Below, piece after piece: positions 38,901 to 52,779 of a stretch of 64,000 bases of DNA. Location of the stretch: contig OZ199839.1 in NCBI GenBank assembly GCA_964304625.1, forward strand, positions 449,970 through 513,969, given 5' to 3'. The stretch's first letter is position 1. Each line of letters opens with the position of its first letter. The notes beneath the pieces were generated by a model. That model was not told the origin of the DNA. It made no database searches and saw nothing but the letters and a program-made list of their open reading frames with translations. This stretch comes from Kudoa neothunni. Its lineage: Eukaryota; Animalia; Cnidaria. The position numbers and the translations under genes are program-made.

Positions 38901-41900
38901 TTATATTGTTATAGGAATGTTCATTGCACACGGAGTTTGAACATACGTTGCAAACTTGTTTGCTTCGTCTTGGTTTGAATCATAATTATCACACAAATAT
39001 ATATATATATATCTAACTCAATCGAAGATATGCTTCCAGGTTCATATGATAAACTGGGTTCCTGCATTTATGGAAGATAATACGATTATGTGATTAATTT
39101 GAGTTCGAAACCAGATTAAAGTATAAAATTTTAATAACTAGTTATTTAAATCAGCTTAAAATATTTATAAAAAATTTTTATAAAATTTTACAGAGATATA
39201 CAACTAATTTTAGGAATTTACGTAAAATTCCGGTCCAGAAAATCGATTTATTAGTGGAGTTTTGCCCATTTTACTGTCCATGTGGGTTCGTGGAGCCCAC
39301 GGGTATCGTTTAAGGGTTGACCGCGTATATTTATATTTGCGATATTATTATTCCAGAATAATCTTTTTAAGGTCGGCAATTTACAAAAGATTAATTTTTT
39401 AGAGTAAAAACTTCCTCTTGGGCACAGATTGGAAATCACTATTCCTGGACAAAGCAAAAAATTAACTATAGCAAATTTTGAGTAACAAACTGCATGTACT
39501 AGTCATAAAATTAAATACCAAGACAATATACAACTTCGTAGGTGTGCCTTAATTGTATTGAGATTGAAATTTGAGAGCCAACTTCAACATAAATTAAATA
39601 AAAATAATGAACGATTGTTTTAAAAATTTATTTAATTAAAACTTGACGACGAATTAATAATAATTAAAGTTTTATTATTAAAATAATAGCATGGTGCCGA
39701 CAGATACTGTTTAGGTTTGAATATGTTCTAAATAATTTAACTGGGATCGCATACATATATATATATATATATATATCAATTTTTATTAGCAAAGAGAGTA
39801 ATTATACTTTTTCTATGGATTTTTTGAGACTTCTCATACCAGGTTCACGGGAGTAGTCGTCGATCATATGATTCAAACATTCATCATCAATGGAAATAGT
39901 GTCAGGATTCACACCGAAATAACTGATGGTATCGGGGATGAGATGACGTTTAGCAATGTTGAATTTTTCTTCATTGATGTAACTGTTGATTTCGATCACC
40001 TCCATTCGATCTAACAACGGCTTCTGGATAGTGTTGAGATCGTTCGCAGTTCCAATGAACAGGCACTAGAGCACCGGATTTAGTTCCGACCAACAACATT
40101 CACAACGACTCAAAATAGCTGTTTTTAAAAACTCACCTTCGAAAGATCGATAGGAAAATCAAGAAAATGGTCGAGAAAGTTAAAATTTTGTTCCGGATCC
40201 AGTGCCTCCAGCAAAGCAGCCGATGGATCTCCCTTGTAGGTGCGAGACATTTTATCGATTTCATCCAAAAGTATGACTGGATTCATAGTTTTGGATTTTC
40301 GGAGGCAGGCAACAATTCTTCCAGGCATCGAGCCTAAATAAGTGCGTCGATGACCTTTGATTTCTGCCACATCGTCCATTCCACCGACACTGACTCGAAC
40401 GTAGTCTTTGTTGAGGCAGCGAGCGATAGACTTGGCGATGCTGGTTTTGCCGACTCCAGGCGGTCCAGCAAGACACATGATTTTACCGCGACACTTCTCA
40501 CTTTGATTAGACACAGCCAAATGTTCCTAAAATCAAAAAAATAAAATTCCATAATAACAGAGAAACTAAAACATCAACGTACAATGATCAAATCTTTAAC
40601 ATCACTTATTCCGTAGTGATCTTCGTCGAGAATAGCTCTAGCAGCTTTTAGGTCGGTGGTTGAAGAGGCATACTTTCCCCAAGGGAGTGAACTTATGGCG
40701 TCAAGATAGTTGGACAGAGATTGAAATTCGCTGTGTGTAACATCCATACCGCGAATCTTTTCCAACTCCTCATTGAATACATTCCTCACATGTTCAGGCA
40801 CATCCAGATTAACCATACGCTCATGGTATTTGTCGGAAGGATGTTTTTTTCGAGGTGGAAACGTGTCGCTACCAGTAAAACTTCCATGATCACCGCCAGT
40901 CAAACCAAGCTCTTTTTGAATCGCTTTGAGTTGTTCCATCAAATAATTACGACGGCCAACTCGATAAATGTTTTCATCGGTTTGTCTGGTAATATCGTAA
41001 CTAATTTTTGTGATCTCAAGTTCTCGTTTGAGCATGTAATGAGCTCGTTCTAGTCTGGACACAATGTCTGGTTCTTCGATAATATCCTGAAGAAAATGTG
41101 GGCGATATCGTATAAATGACACTATTTTAAGTGAAGAGTATTAGACGTGTTTATTGTTTGCGTCATCACACAACTACAGCATCAATGCAAAAACCAACCT
41201 GTATCAGCAATGGCCACATAATCTTCAAGTGTGTATTTGCCATTGATACTCAATTCGGTTTGAATTGTGAACGGAGGATTGGACAAACCTATCACTTCTT
41301 TGAGCGAGTTAACAATATCGTTAGCTACTGAATCAATTGCGAATGAAAACTACAAACAACCAATCAAAACTACCGTAGCTAGCGCATCATCAGAGGCATT
41401 CATATAGGTGTTGTAGTCGGTTATCCAAGCTTGACTTATAACTGGTGGTGGGGCAGGTTCCGTTTCTTGAGGAGTTTTCACTGCCTTTTTGGATTCTCGT
41501 TGAAGAATTTCTTTGATGGAGGGATTTTTTTGGTCAAAATTTGTACTATTATCGTGAATGTAGTTGGGGAATTTATCATATTCGGGCGTTTTTCTATGAA
41601 ATTCCACGTCGTACTCACTTAGAAATCTGTTGGCCATTCGAACTCTACAACATAAAATCACCATTCGTTTAATTTATCATAAAAATGGATTAACCTTCTT
41701 ATTCCAGAAACTACCATTCGAGTATCCTTGCCGGTGAGAGAAACATATTTGGTGATTCTTGCCAATGTGCCAACGTGATACACTTTTTTCAAATCACACA
41801 CATGTGATTTTCTGTCCATTAAAATTTTATTTCAGAAAATTAATTTAAAAAATAGTAGTTACTCGTTGATTTCACGCTGAGCAAAACAAGCAACCAATTG

Positions 41901-42547
41901 AGGACCTTTTTGATATGCATTCCGGAAACCGATTTAGACAAGACTTCGTTAGATATCTAGAAATCAGGCGTTATTTTCAGGTCACTCATAAAATAAAGGC
42001 AACCATACCGAAACCCAATGATTGAACTTAGGAAAGATCGGACTTTGCAGCGCAATCAATGGCACTCTGGTAGAACCATCGTTTGAAGAATATTTGCTTG
42101 AATGTGATAATGAACGAATAACGCCTATTACACGCCCCGACTTTTTAGAGTTATCACGCAACTCCACATCACTAAACAATTTTTATTTAATTATCTGACG
42201 TAGTTTTGAAAAAAACCGATTTAATATTGGGAAAAAAAGAGAACATACTCTCCAGGTTGCTCAAATTCCTGCTTTTCAGATTTAAATCGAGTACCATAGA
42301 TTCTTATGTTTAAAATGAATAAATCGAAACCCAATCGATCCAAGTGTTAAATTCAATAATACCTGAAAAAAGAACTCGACACATCTCCGAATGGATTGCT
42401 TATCAACCTATCAGATCCGTATCGAAATATTGAACCTATTTTTCGATATCGTAGACATAACCTAAGACAGTATGTAGTTTCAACTGGCTGCCCCAATAAA
42501 ATTGCGCAACTTAGGAATGCGCACCCATCCGACAACTGTCGTGACAT
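35950..42547 (-). CDS. LONP1: mitochondrial Lon protease
   Basis: Arg-rich N-terminus; N-domain ([14 protein letters not shown]); AAA+ [45 protein letters not shown]; protease domain [18 protein letters not shown] (catalytic Ser), PVGGLAEK (catalytic Lys). One ~2.9-kb intron (36876-39807). Start codon inferred. Confidence 0.93.
37678..37940. mobile_element. hAT MITE in LONP1 intron
   Basis: TIRs TAGGGGTTAAGAT / ATCTTAACCCCTA with perfect 8-bp TSD AAAGTCTT. Confidence 0.88.
38605..39330. mobile_element. degenerate hAT MITE in LONP1 intron
   Basis: Left end CAGTGTTTACCAACC. Probable right-end remnant GGGTTCGTGGAGCCC..GGGTTGA; no TSD found. Confidence 0.4.
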
Positions 42548-42668
42548 GTCACCGCATTCATAAAAATTTAAATAGACGTCAATAAGCATTCAAAAACAAA
42601 AAAATAAAACGCTATTGTAGGAAAAATAATTCCAATATTTTAGGAGAATTTTAAATGTGGCGATTCGC

Positions 42669-42953
42669 CTAAAAATCAGAACATCTTCCTTTACGCTCCC
42701 AGTCTCCATATCTCGTAGGTTCAGGTCCCGTGGGTCCACCAATTTCACCAGTTTTCGGATTGGTATCATCTGGAAATTTTGCAAATGGATCCTCCGGATC
42801 GAATCCTAATTTTTTAATATTTTCCTCTTTCTCAACTTCCTTATTGGTGGGCTGGAGTGTGTTTTTGCTACTTTCATCGCCTACAAATCTAGTCATATTG
42901 ATTGTTTGAATCAAACATAGTGGATTCTTTGCTCTATAGACTAGTCGATTCAT
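42669..42953 (-). CDS. SDHAF4: succinate dehydrogenase assembly factor 4 (Sdh8/DUF1674)
   Basis: Single-exon 94 aa ORF ending in the signature [30 protein letters not shown]. Confidence 0.95.
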   Translation of the reverse strand: MNRLVYRAKNPLCLIQTINMTRFVGDESSKNTLQPTNKEVEKEENIKKLGFDPEDPFAKFPDDTNPKTGEIGGPTGPEPTRYGDWERKGRCSDF

Positions 42954-44093
42954 TTGAACAATAGTCCACCAGGGAATTAAATGTCAATCGATATGGATTA
43001 GTTGGCGTATCGAATCAAACAATTTCGTAAATTTTTTAAAATTAATTCTTTTACCTTTATATGTAAAAAAATCCAATGCTGTCAAGGATATTTTATTTTA
43101 TGTGAGTAGTTGAACTATTAATTGGTGAATAAAATATTATGCTTTTTGTTTTAATAAATTCTCTTTTTGTTTCGGTGTTTCATACCAAAAATATTCAATT
43201 TTTTTCTATATAGATTTAAATTAAATTGTGTTTCTATTTTAATTAAATTAATAGAATAATAAGTCATATCGGTTATTACGTAGAATGAATAAATAAATAT
43301 TTAAATATGAGTAATTAAAATCATTTTTTAGTATCGAAATTTTGATATAATGTTAAATAAAGAATTTTATGTTATCTCTAAGTATATAGCTATTATAGAA
43401 AGTGAAAATTAAGTGTAAATAGGTCTTATATAATTGTTTGCGTTATATAAGGGACTTACCATGTTTTTTCGAAAATAGAACCTAGTGGCATTTTCTTTTG
43501 TAAAATTAGCATATGACTGGACCTTATTTTCGAGGACACCCAGTTGTCTTAAATTTTGGTTCAAAGTCATTTTTTCAATGACTGACAATTTTTAAAAAAT
43601 TATTTTTTAAATAAAGAAAATTGATAATTAATATATGGCGAATATAATATTATCATTATCTACTGTTATGTCAATACGGATTAACATATTTCTGTTATTT
43701 AGGTAAGTTTATTGGATATAATTCTTCGCGTTATTCGGGACGTAATCTTACATGTTTAGCTGAATAAAAATCTAAAAAATCGTTATTTGTTGTCAAATAT
43801 CCAACTCATAATATTTGGGGTGGCATTTGATTAATTTTATTGAAAGTAACTTTCATTCGGTTTATGACTTCCTGAATATTATGGTTGGCAAAATTTTATG
43901 TTTAGTTCTTCTTTATACTACTTTTTGAATAGTTATTAACTTCAAAATTTTGGAATAAAACATTAGCTGAATTTTTTACTTTATATTTTAATAATTTTAG
44001 ATTAGAAGAAATTTGATTAAAAATCGGAAATCAATCAATTCTTCTGTTACTAAAACCCTTAATGTACCGAAAATCGACTTCATTCAGATAGAT

Positions 44094-46309
44094 CAGGGCT
44101 CGGCAACCTACAGTCCGCCATTCCTTGACTAGCATATAAATTTTTCTTAGTGTCTAAAATACGTAAATTATTTTTACGTTTTTATCCAGATCGTTTTCTA
44201 GATGTTAATTTATTGTCGATAGAAACATTTCGGCCGACTTAAATTCATTTTCATTAAGTCAGAAAACCAGAATAAATATGACTATCAAAATAACGTTAAA
44301 GTTATTTTTAGAAAAATATAAAATATTTTTAAAAATACGTATAAGTACATCTCATATTATTTGACATCATCCGTTTAAAAGTTCTTTCATGAGTTATGTA
44401 AGAGTTGATTACATGGAAAACGAAAATTATTGGTGTATAATAATTTTAATTTGATGTACTTTTATAGTTAAAATGACTTTTATAAATTCTAATTTATATA
44501 TTGGTATTCAATATTTGAATTCAGAACAATTTAACGATTTTCTAAATTAATTTCGATTCGGCCCCACACTCTAAAACAATGGTGGGCACAACATTAGCGC
44601 ATTATAAAGCTTGGAGGACCGCATTGTTAACTACGCTATTATTAATAATTTAAATACGTGTTGGTGGCTTTTCTAAGATTTTGGTACAATAAAAAAAGTA
44701 AATATATAAATTAATTTAGAAAAATTTCCAATTAGTAAAACTTAATAGGAATTAATAGATTTTTTAAATATATAAATTTTGTGATTGGCAAACTATCGTA
44801 AGCCACGACTGAAATAATAGGCTTTATACTTTATAAACTCTAATTTTAACTGAAGTTATGAAAATTTAATAATGCTCGTTAAGTAAACATGAAATATTTC
44901 AACAATGACTCTGATAGAATTATTTCATATTTATTTTAAACATAACATATTGCACTCTAAAAGAGGTCCAAGTTATAAATATGAATATAATAAAATTAGC
45001 CGAAAAGTTACATTTATGATATTTCAGAATACATCAAATTTATTGAGAACTAAATATTACCAATGCGCAGAAGTAGAAGTAATTTTCTTAAAATGTATTA
45101 CGAAATATTTCAATTCCAAAGTATGTGATCTAAATAACTTGAAATTACAAAAAATCGTAATTTTTTGGTAATTATCAATGTAATATCCGTATTTTCTAAA
45201 GTTTTGTAAAATTATTTTTCAGAATAAAGATTTCACTCGACAAAGTTATAAATTATCATTTGTTACCCTTAATCATTTCTTTCAATTTCACTTATTTATG
45301 TCAATAAATAAAAGAAATATTTATCATAAGGTTTTAACTCTTAATTAATTAAGTTTGCTTATCATATTTTTTAAAGTATTTTAAGGCCGTTTGTTCACTA
45401 TTGTTATTGTTTATTCTCTCACTGAATACCCAGGTTTCATTTGGCGCTGCAGCTTCAAGTTATATTCCTTTAATACATGAACTGATTAGAGATAATGTCA
45501 ACAGACCGTTTTATCCACTGAATGTATGAAGCAATATTTTGAGTCCAATCGTCATTAAAACGACGGTTTTCATCAATAAGTGTATGGTTTCAGGGTGACA
45601 TTTATGTTTAATTGCACAAACAGCTGATGTCAACAAACGTCGATTAATAGGGGAAGTTTGAGCGCATTATCGATTGTGAAAATTAAGAAGATAAATCAAC
45701 ATCTATTTCTACGTTAAGCTGTTAAATTTTGATACACCTCTATTATAAACATTTATGATTAAAAATCTAAGGATATCAAAAAAAGTATACAGATTTCATC
45801 TACTTTATACCTTTTAAAATATAGTAATAAATAATTTTTTCGTTAATGCATCCTTTGTAATGAAACATATGATAATGGTACCTATCACATTAAACTTCTA
45901 ATTTAGATAGAGTATCGCATGCTCATGTTTTTTAACATTTAGTTAATTTTAGATTCTTTTGTAGTAAACTGAATCTCAAGTACCAAATTATTCCAAAGTT
46001 GTTAACCTATTATTTTGTTTTAAATGCGTAGTAGACTTTACTTCGATCACAACTACATACGATTATCATACATAGGGTGCAAACGTAGATACAATATCAA
46101 ATAGGATAACTATATTGCGTAAAAATAACGTTTATAAATCTAAAATATTTGTCAAAAAGTTATTTTTTAATTGGTTTATGGAAGAAAAACGCTATTTTGA
46201 TGTTAAAAGATTATGAAAATTGTGTACACCCCCGCAATTTTTTAGACCCCTAAATTCGTCCACGGGCTGCACTCTGCCCACGACTGCTCTAAAAGGTTGC
46301 CAACCCTTA
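44094..46309. mobile_element. hAT MITE (outer element), split by a nested hAT
   Basis: Ends CAGGGCTCGGCAACC / GGTTGCCAACCC. Interior 44180-44560 is homologous to the uninterrupted copy at ~51985-52544. Confidence 0.7.
44577..46286. mobile_element. nested non-autonomous hAT element
   Basis: Ends CAATGGTGGGCA / TGCCCACGACTG with perfect 8-bp TSD CTCTAAAA. Confidence 0.8.
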
Positions 46310-46340
46310 AGGTGGAAAAATACCTCAAATTTTTATTTTA

Positions 46341-48010
46341 TCATTTCTCACAAAAAATGTTCGTAAAAAGAAATATTGAAGATCTAGGGGCGATAACAGA
46401 AGAATAAAGTGTTACAGCATAAATAATTTCGTTAGTAATCTCGATAATCCTACGAATACCACTTTCGGCATTATCCGCCGCATTAGCTTTCAGGTCCAAT
46501 TTCGAGTTACTGTGTTGTTCTGTATATATAAAGCTTTCAAAATTAAAATATAAATCGGCATAACTTCTTAGTCTATTTTCGTCATTAATAACTTCCATTT
46601 GATGTAAAAATATTCACAAACATTTATTAGGTGATTCTTACAGAAATATTTATTGCATATTGCGCACTCAACACTCACTCAACATTAGGCATTTTATCCA
46701 ATTTTCTTGGACAAAATTTTCATCTCGATATTTTAACTCGAGGATTTTGTGTACAGGATATCCTTGGCATAGAGAATGAAATTGTTTTAAGATTTTTGGT
46801 TTCCCTATTCTCTCATTTAGTAAGCCATATATAAATTCCACCAAAATTTTTAAAAACTTCCTTTGGGGAATATCATTTCCAAAAACTCGTTTGTACGCCG
46901 AATAACGCGGTTTATTGCCAATTTGTAAACGTTATTCCATAGAATCTAGAAAATTCTAAAACTCATCATTTAGACTAAAAATTATTTAATTTTTCATTTT
47001 CGCAAAGAAAAATGTGGGGTATTTATCTACCCAAGAGTCCATCGGAAGGTGAAAATTATATATTCCCGCCAATAAAATATTGAAAATATTGAAAAATTTG
47101 GTTTAAATTTGTAAATTACATTATTTCGAAGGAATACAGGTAATCTTAGAAAGTTTGAAATAATGAATAAAGAGCTCTACAATAAACAAAGTATCATCGG
47201 GGTAATTTTCTACCCCAAACCCAAAAAAGGGTTAATGAAGGTTTTGTACTCACAGAACACATTATAACTAGCCGATGCCCAATTATAGGGCCTATTTTCT
47301 GGCTCCTTAAAACGTACTGCGTCACAAACTCTCTCATTTTTCCAATTACAAATTATATACATGACGCTTATTAAGTTCCAACATAATAAACTCAACAAAA
47401 ATTGTTTTTAATGTTTCCATTGCGCTTATAACGGCGAAAATTTGTTTAATCAAAATTAATCATTCAAATTCAAGTTATCGTTAGGGTCCTTTTTCTCTAT
47501 AAAAATATTTGGAGAGACTAGGTTTGTTTTCAATCATCAACATAAATCATGCGTCAATAAATATTTTAGTTTAACCCGTGTTGATTATATTGTAACTAAA
47601 GTATCATCAAAATAAAAATTTTTTGATAAATGGATTTTGTGGGTAAGTATTTTATCAGAGCATACACAACAAATTAAGATTAAATTTTATAATCCAATTT
47701 TCATTCTTTGTATTTTGAAAATATAATTTTAAAGTAAAAAATTTGCGAAAAATCAATATTTAAAATTTAACCTTATTAGATGTGACGTTTCTTTAGAGAA
47801 CCTTTGAAATTCTCACGCGTTCCCTAGGTCTCTTTACACGCATAATTATACAAATGTGGTTTTTTACAGCCCATCAAACAGTACGTGATGAAACTTAAAA
47901 TTTGATAAACCACGTAGTATTTGAGCGTAATATAACTCCAAACATTCGAAATTTTTTCTTTACTTTTGCGGGAATTACTCAAAACCCAATGATGATAACT
48001 TCTGAGATAA
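46341..48010 (-). CDS. possible uncharacterised multi-exon gene (exon structure not resolved)
   Basis: Several short, relatively GC-rich open segments separated by AT-rich ~40-nt spacers (ORFs 46341-46598, 47210-47398). No recognisable motif, and a full spliced frame could not be built. Confidence 0.3.
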
Positions 48011-48171
48011 TCTTCTTTTTAAATAAATTGATATTCAAAAGGGAAAAAATATTATTTTGAAGTGATCTCAAAATAGCCAACAACATCAAATTGTGAAATC
48101 AAAAATAACGTAAAATAGGTTGAACTAAAATGGTTTTGTAAACGAAGGTAATGACGAATATGACAATAGTA

Positions 48172-49635
48172 TTAAGCTCGGCTGAATGTTTTTCCACTAG
48201 AAATAAAAATCAAATTTTTATCCTCATATAACCGATTAGAACCTGAATGTCTTTTTCTCGGTGGACTTAGTTTCAGGACGGGCTCTGTTAAGTATCTTGA
48301 CAAAGTCCTCACATTTTGATCTCATACGCTGATTCAGGTATGACTATTGTTAGCAGTATTAGGCCGCAGAAAAAGCAGTAAATCCTAATACTTTAGAACA
48401 TTTCATGTGCATTTTGAAGTATTGCAAGAAATTGCTCATATGATCGACAGTTTTAGGTTGATTGGCTACCATGCCATGGTACGATTTGGTTAGAACTATT
48501 ATATTAGAAGGTAACCTCTTGTAGTTACAACGATTTAAGATACCAAAAGTGAGATAACCCACATTGTTTCCAGAAGGTACTTTAAGGCCGGAAAGTTCCG
48601 CAGGAGGTTCCTTATAAGAGACTAAAACTTGTGGTGCATTTCCACCGGATTTTCTGCCTTCCTTGAATTCCTAAATTCCGAATTGTTTTATGTATTGAAA
48701 GAGCACCAAATTATTTATAGCAGTTTAATTTTTAGAAGTACGTGAAGAAATATCTTTCCGATAGTTATATCCTCTTCGGTTTGGAAGTCGAAACAAAACG
48801 TAACGGTAGTTCGGTCTGTTTTGGATTCGATGAACCTATCGAAAGCAACATGGATTAAAGTGCACACAGTCAAAACACTAAAAAATACATCTTTTCATTG
48901 CCATTTATGTTAAGCAGCACTTTTTCGGATTTGTTCTCGGACATTGCTTTGAAGAAATACTCAAATATACATTCATATAGACGATATCTGAGGAGAGAGA
49001 AATCTTTCGCGACAGTATCTAAAACAAATGTTAGACATTGGAAACGTGCGAAGAGGAACTACCGATTTTCTCAGAAAATTTTTCAATGTCGATTGAGTAG
49101 GCGATATTGTGAGCTATTGGATATTGTGTTAAACATTCATCAGAATAAACTTCATAGGACCTATAAAGTGAGTGTATTACCTCCATTTGGTTGGACGGCC
49201 TCGTAATCGGAATATTTTTTATTCATCGCATCCTCAATATTCATTCCCTTAAGATCTCTGAAGAATGGACATGTGAGTTCAACCTATAATTTTATCGAGT
49301 TTATAATTATATATTTTTATATAATAAATGAGACATATTCAAAAACAGTGGGTAATTACCAGAATTTTTGTTCTCTCTTTATCGGCGCTATGGATATGAA
49401 AAATATTGCCATCATCATCTGTAAGAATGATGGCACATTATTGTAACAATTAAGAAAATTAAATAATGAGAAATTAACCTGACAAAGTGGAATCAACACT
49501 TTCAGGTTTTGATCTAGAAACAAACGAAATAAATTACAATTCGATCGAATATTGTTACAACTACCCTTCTGCATGTGTCATCTTTTTGGATATAATATTC
49601 CTCACAATTGGGTGGTCATTATCAAGGAGAATCAT
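48172..49635 (-). CDS. ARPC2: actin-related protein 2/3 complex subunit 2 (p34-Arc)
   Basis: MILLDNDHPIV..EFKEGRKSGGNAPQVLVSYKEPPAEL..NVGYLTF..FKMHMKCSK..NQRMRSKCEDFVKILNRARPE..KTFSGKTFSRA* matches ARPC2 motifs. Confidence 0.92.
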
Positions 49636-50908
49636 CCTGCGAACCAACTTTTTAGGGCTTAGATAGTCGATCTCTATTCGGGAAAATACACTTAATCAAC
49701 GGAACGCCCATTGGTTTATGCGCTTATTCACATTAGCTCAATCCTACTGAGAAGCAGTCCCACGGCAATTTGTATTAGCTATTTAAAATGTTTGTTTAGT
49801 TTTACACTGTCTCTAATAGTTCATGTTAACAAAGTATTTTATAATTATGATAGAAACAAGATTAATATTCGTAATCCATCGTTTACTTCTCAAACAAAAG
49901 TGAAATAGGTTAATCCACACGAATTTTTCCTTGATTATTTTGGTTATTTTCTGAGGGGTCTTATTTTATCTTGATATAATATAAATGCTTTATTAAAATT
50001 GTGTCATAAAAACAGTTTGAATAAAATAGAACAATGATAATTGTTTTTGTGATTGCAAGCTAATAATCTCACAGTTGTGATAATGAAATTTTCTATTATT
50101 CGTAGGAACCTAACAATTTCAATATGTATTCGAAGCTGCTTTCAGGTTAAGATGTAATACTTCACATTGTTTAATGAAATAACTTGATCGTTTAGAAGAT
50201 ATTTTCCAACTAATAATTATTGATATAATTAATATTTTTGAAATTATTCTTATATTTATTGCGATATAAATATTTTTATTTAAAAATTAAAAGAAAAATT
50301 TCGATCATCTATTAGTTAAATTTATGGATCAGTTTCTAATCAGATTGTAGGGATTTGGGGCTGTAATATAGATATTCAAATTCAAGCAATTAAAATCAGG
50401 TTGCAAAGCTTTATTTGGGAATTTTCATGAGTATATTACCTTATTGTTAATATCATAACTAAAAAAACTCGAACTTATGAATTCAGAAATTTCATTGTTT
50501 TTTAGGTTAATGCGTGTGCGGGAGATATGTCCGTTTTAAGTGGTTACTATATGAATTTAGCTTTTTTAAAACAATTTGAAAATCATATACTAGCATTGAG
50601 GATTTTGTGATTAATTTTTGGCTGTAAAATGATGATTCATATGAAAAAAACCCTAATATAATCCTATTATCTCTTGTTATAATAGGATTATTTCACGGAC
50701 TTAAGAGCAATGCCACTCAAATAAAATCTCTTATTATACATGTTAATATTTTGATTATTAAACTTTGGTAAGATATAACAATTTTAGATATAACAATATA
50801 TAAATTATTTTAAAAAAAATTAAATTATGTCATTTGGCATATTTCGTTTGTATGTGCTATTTAAAGTTGGCAAAGGTTATTATAGCACATAAAATTTTTA
50901 TCTTAAAC

Positions 50909-51102
50909 CAGCGCTTCCCAACTAAAACTGGACTCGCACCTCCATTTTTGGACAAAACGAAATTCGCACTCTTTTCATACGATAAGGTGTAACTGACTTA
51001 AAATTTATCAAAAATTATGTTCAATTCCGATCAGATCTAGCACCACCTGAGACCAAAGTTCGCATCCCCTAAGATGAGGGCATCCCCAGTTGGGAACCCC
51101 TG
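50909..51102. mobile_element. short hAT MITE
   Basis: Ends CAGCGCTTCCCAACT / AGTTGGGAACCCCTG. Shares TTC(C)GATCAGATCTA with the MITE at 23561. Confidence 0.6.
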
Positions 51103-51275
51103 ATCTAAAACGATATGTACGCTTGCGCAAAGTGAATTTTTAATCTCGGAAACGCCTACTTACAAACTGCATACAGATTTATTTTTTTGGAATGTGCATT
51201 ATTTAAATATTTCTGCCCTTACGATCGAAGCGGTGGGCCGCAATTAATTAAATGTCGTAAAAACTAGTGATAACC

Positions 51276-51878
51276 TAATACAATGGGTGACCAATTTTTC
51301 GTACTGACAACTCGCTCGTACTTTTGACAAGAAGAAAATTTATGCTTCATTAATTTTGTTATAAAGATTCATTCTATAATTTTATAATAGAATGTATCAA
51401 ATGAATGAAAAAATTTTTTAATTTTAATTATGACTATTTTGTATGTTTTTTTTCGTACATTTTTCCCGAGTACCTACTGTATTTGCTTACGAATTAACCA
51501 ATTTTTCGTAATTACAGAAATACGAGCGATGAAAAAATCATATAATTACAGATATATATATATATATATATAAGAAAAATATTAAATAAACATGTAGTTT
51601 GATTATTAGCATAGAGGGATACCACAACTACTACTGTTCACCACTTTAAGTTATCCATTATTTCAACGTTGCACGGTAGCCTAATTAAGAAAAACGAAAG
51701 TATTATTTTCTTCGAGATTTTATCGTATTTTAAAAATATTTTTAAATAGGAAATTATAAACTATTCAAACCAAAATAATAAAAGTTTTATCACTAATATG
51801 AGTTGTTATATTTATTTGATTATAAAATATTACATATGCTTGTGCGCCAAAAAGTACGAGTGGTCACCTATTGTATTA
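51276..51878. mobile_element. TIR-bounded MITE, family unassigned
   Basis: TAATACAATGGGTGACCA / TGGTCACCTATTGTATTA inverted termini. Confidence 0.65.
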
Positions 51879-51984
51879 TTTACAGATTCAATAGCCACTT
51901 TCTTGTTGGAATTAAAATTTATTCCTTTGAAGTGCATATATTTATTTGGTCTTAAAAATTAAATATGGCATTAGTCTCATTATA

Positions 51985-52544
51985 TAGAAATGATCGGCAA
52001 CCAACAGCCCGTCAGTTATTTCTATCCAACCCGCTATGCATTGACCATTGACTGGCATAAAAATTTATTTAAATACCTAAAAAATATAAATACTTGTTAA
52101 GTTAATATCTAGATCACTTGTCTAAATGTTTATATGTTGTCGATGTAAATATTTTAGTCGACTAATATTCATTTTCGTTGAATCAGAAAACCGGACTAAA
52201 TATGGCCGCTAAAATAACGTTGAAATTATTTCAATAAGAGGATAAAAAATATTTAAATGGCATATAGGTACGCCTCACGTTATTTGACTTAGTCCAATAA
52301 ATCGTTCATTCATAAATTGAGCACGAGTTTATTACAATGCAAGTGAAAATTATTTGGGTAAATTACATTGGAGTTGACGTAATTTTATAATCTAAATGAC
52401 ATTCATAAATTATGACTTATATATTTAAATTCAAAATTTGAATTAAGAATAATTTGACATTTTAGTAAATTAATTTTAATTTGGCCGCCTTATAATTAGG
52501 GTATGTTTGCTTGGCCCGTCAATCAAAAAGGTTGCCAAACCCAG
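51985..52544. mobile_element. hAT MITE, uninterrupted relative of 44094-46309
   Basis: TCGGCAACC left end and GGTTGCCAAACCC right end; internal similarity such as CAGAAAACC..AAATATG..AAAATAACGTT. Confidence 0.65.
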
Positions 52545-52779
52545 CTATATAGGATATAAAAGTTAGATAATAATTTTAGATATAAGGTCTCAGTTTTATG
52601 TTTTGATGAATACTTTGATGTGTGAAAAATACAAATTGCATTTATTTTAATATTTCAATCGAATTCTGAAGGAATATATATATATATATATATATTTTAC
52701 TATCAAATATATCTTTCGCAATTACATTCATAAAAAAACGACAATTGAAATTCAAGTAAAAAAAAGAAATATATATTAA

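Noticed and set aside
40350-41622. Plus-strand ORFs opposite LONP1 (similarly 63289-63504 opposite NOP56, 26648-26860 opposite DNM1L, 48898-49206 opposite ARPC2)
   Set aside because: Antisense shadows of real coding exons with no motifs of their own.
44905-45171. 88-aa ORF
   Set aside because: AT-rich chance ORF inside a non-autonomous hAT element.
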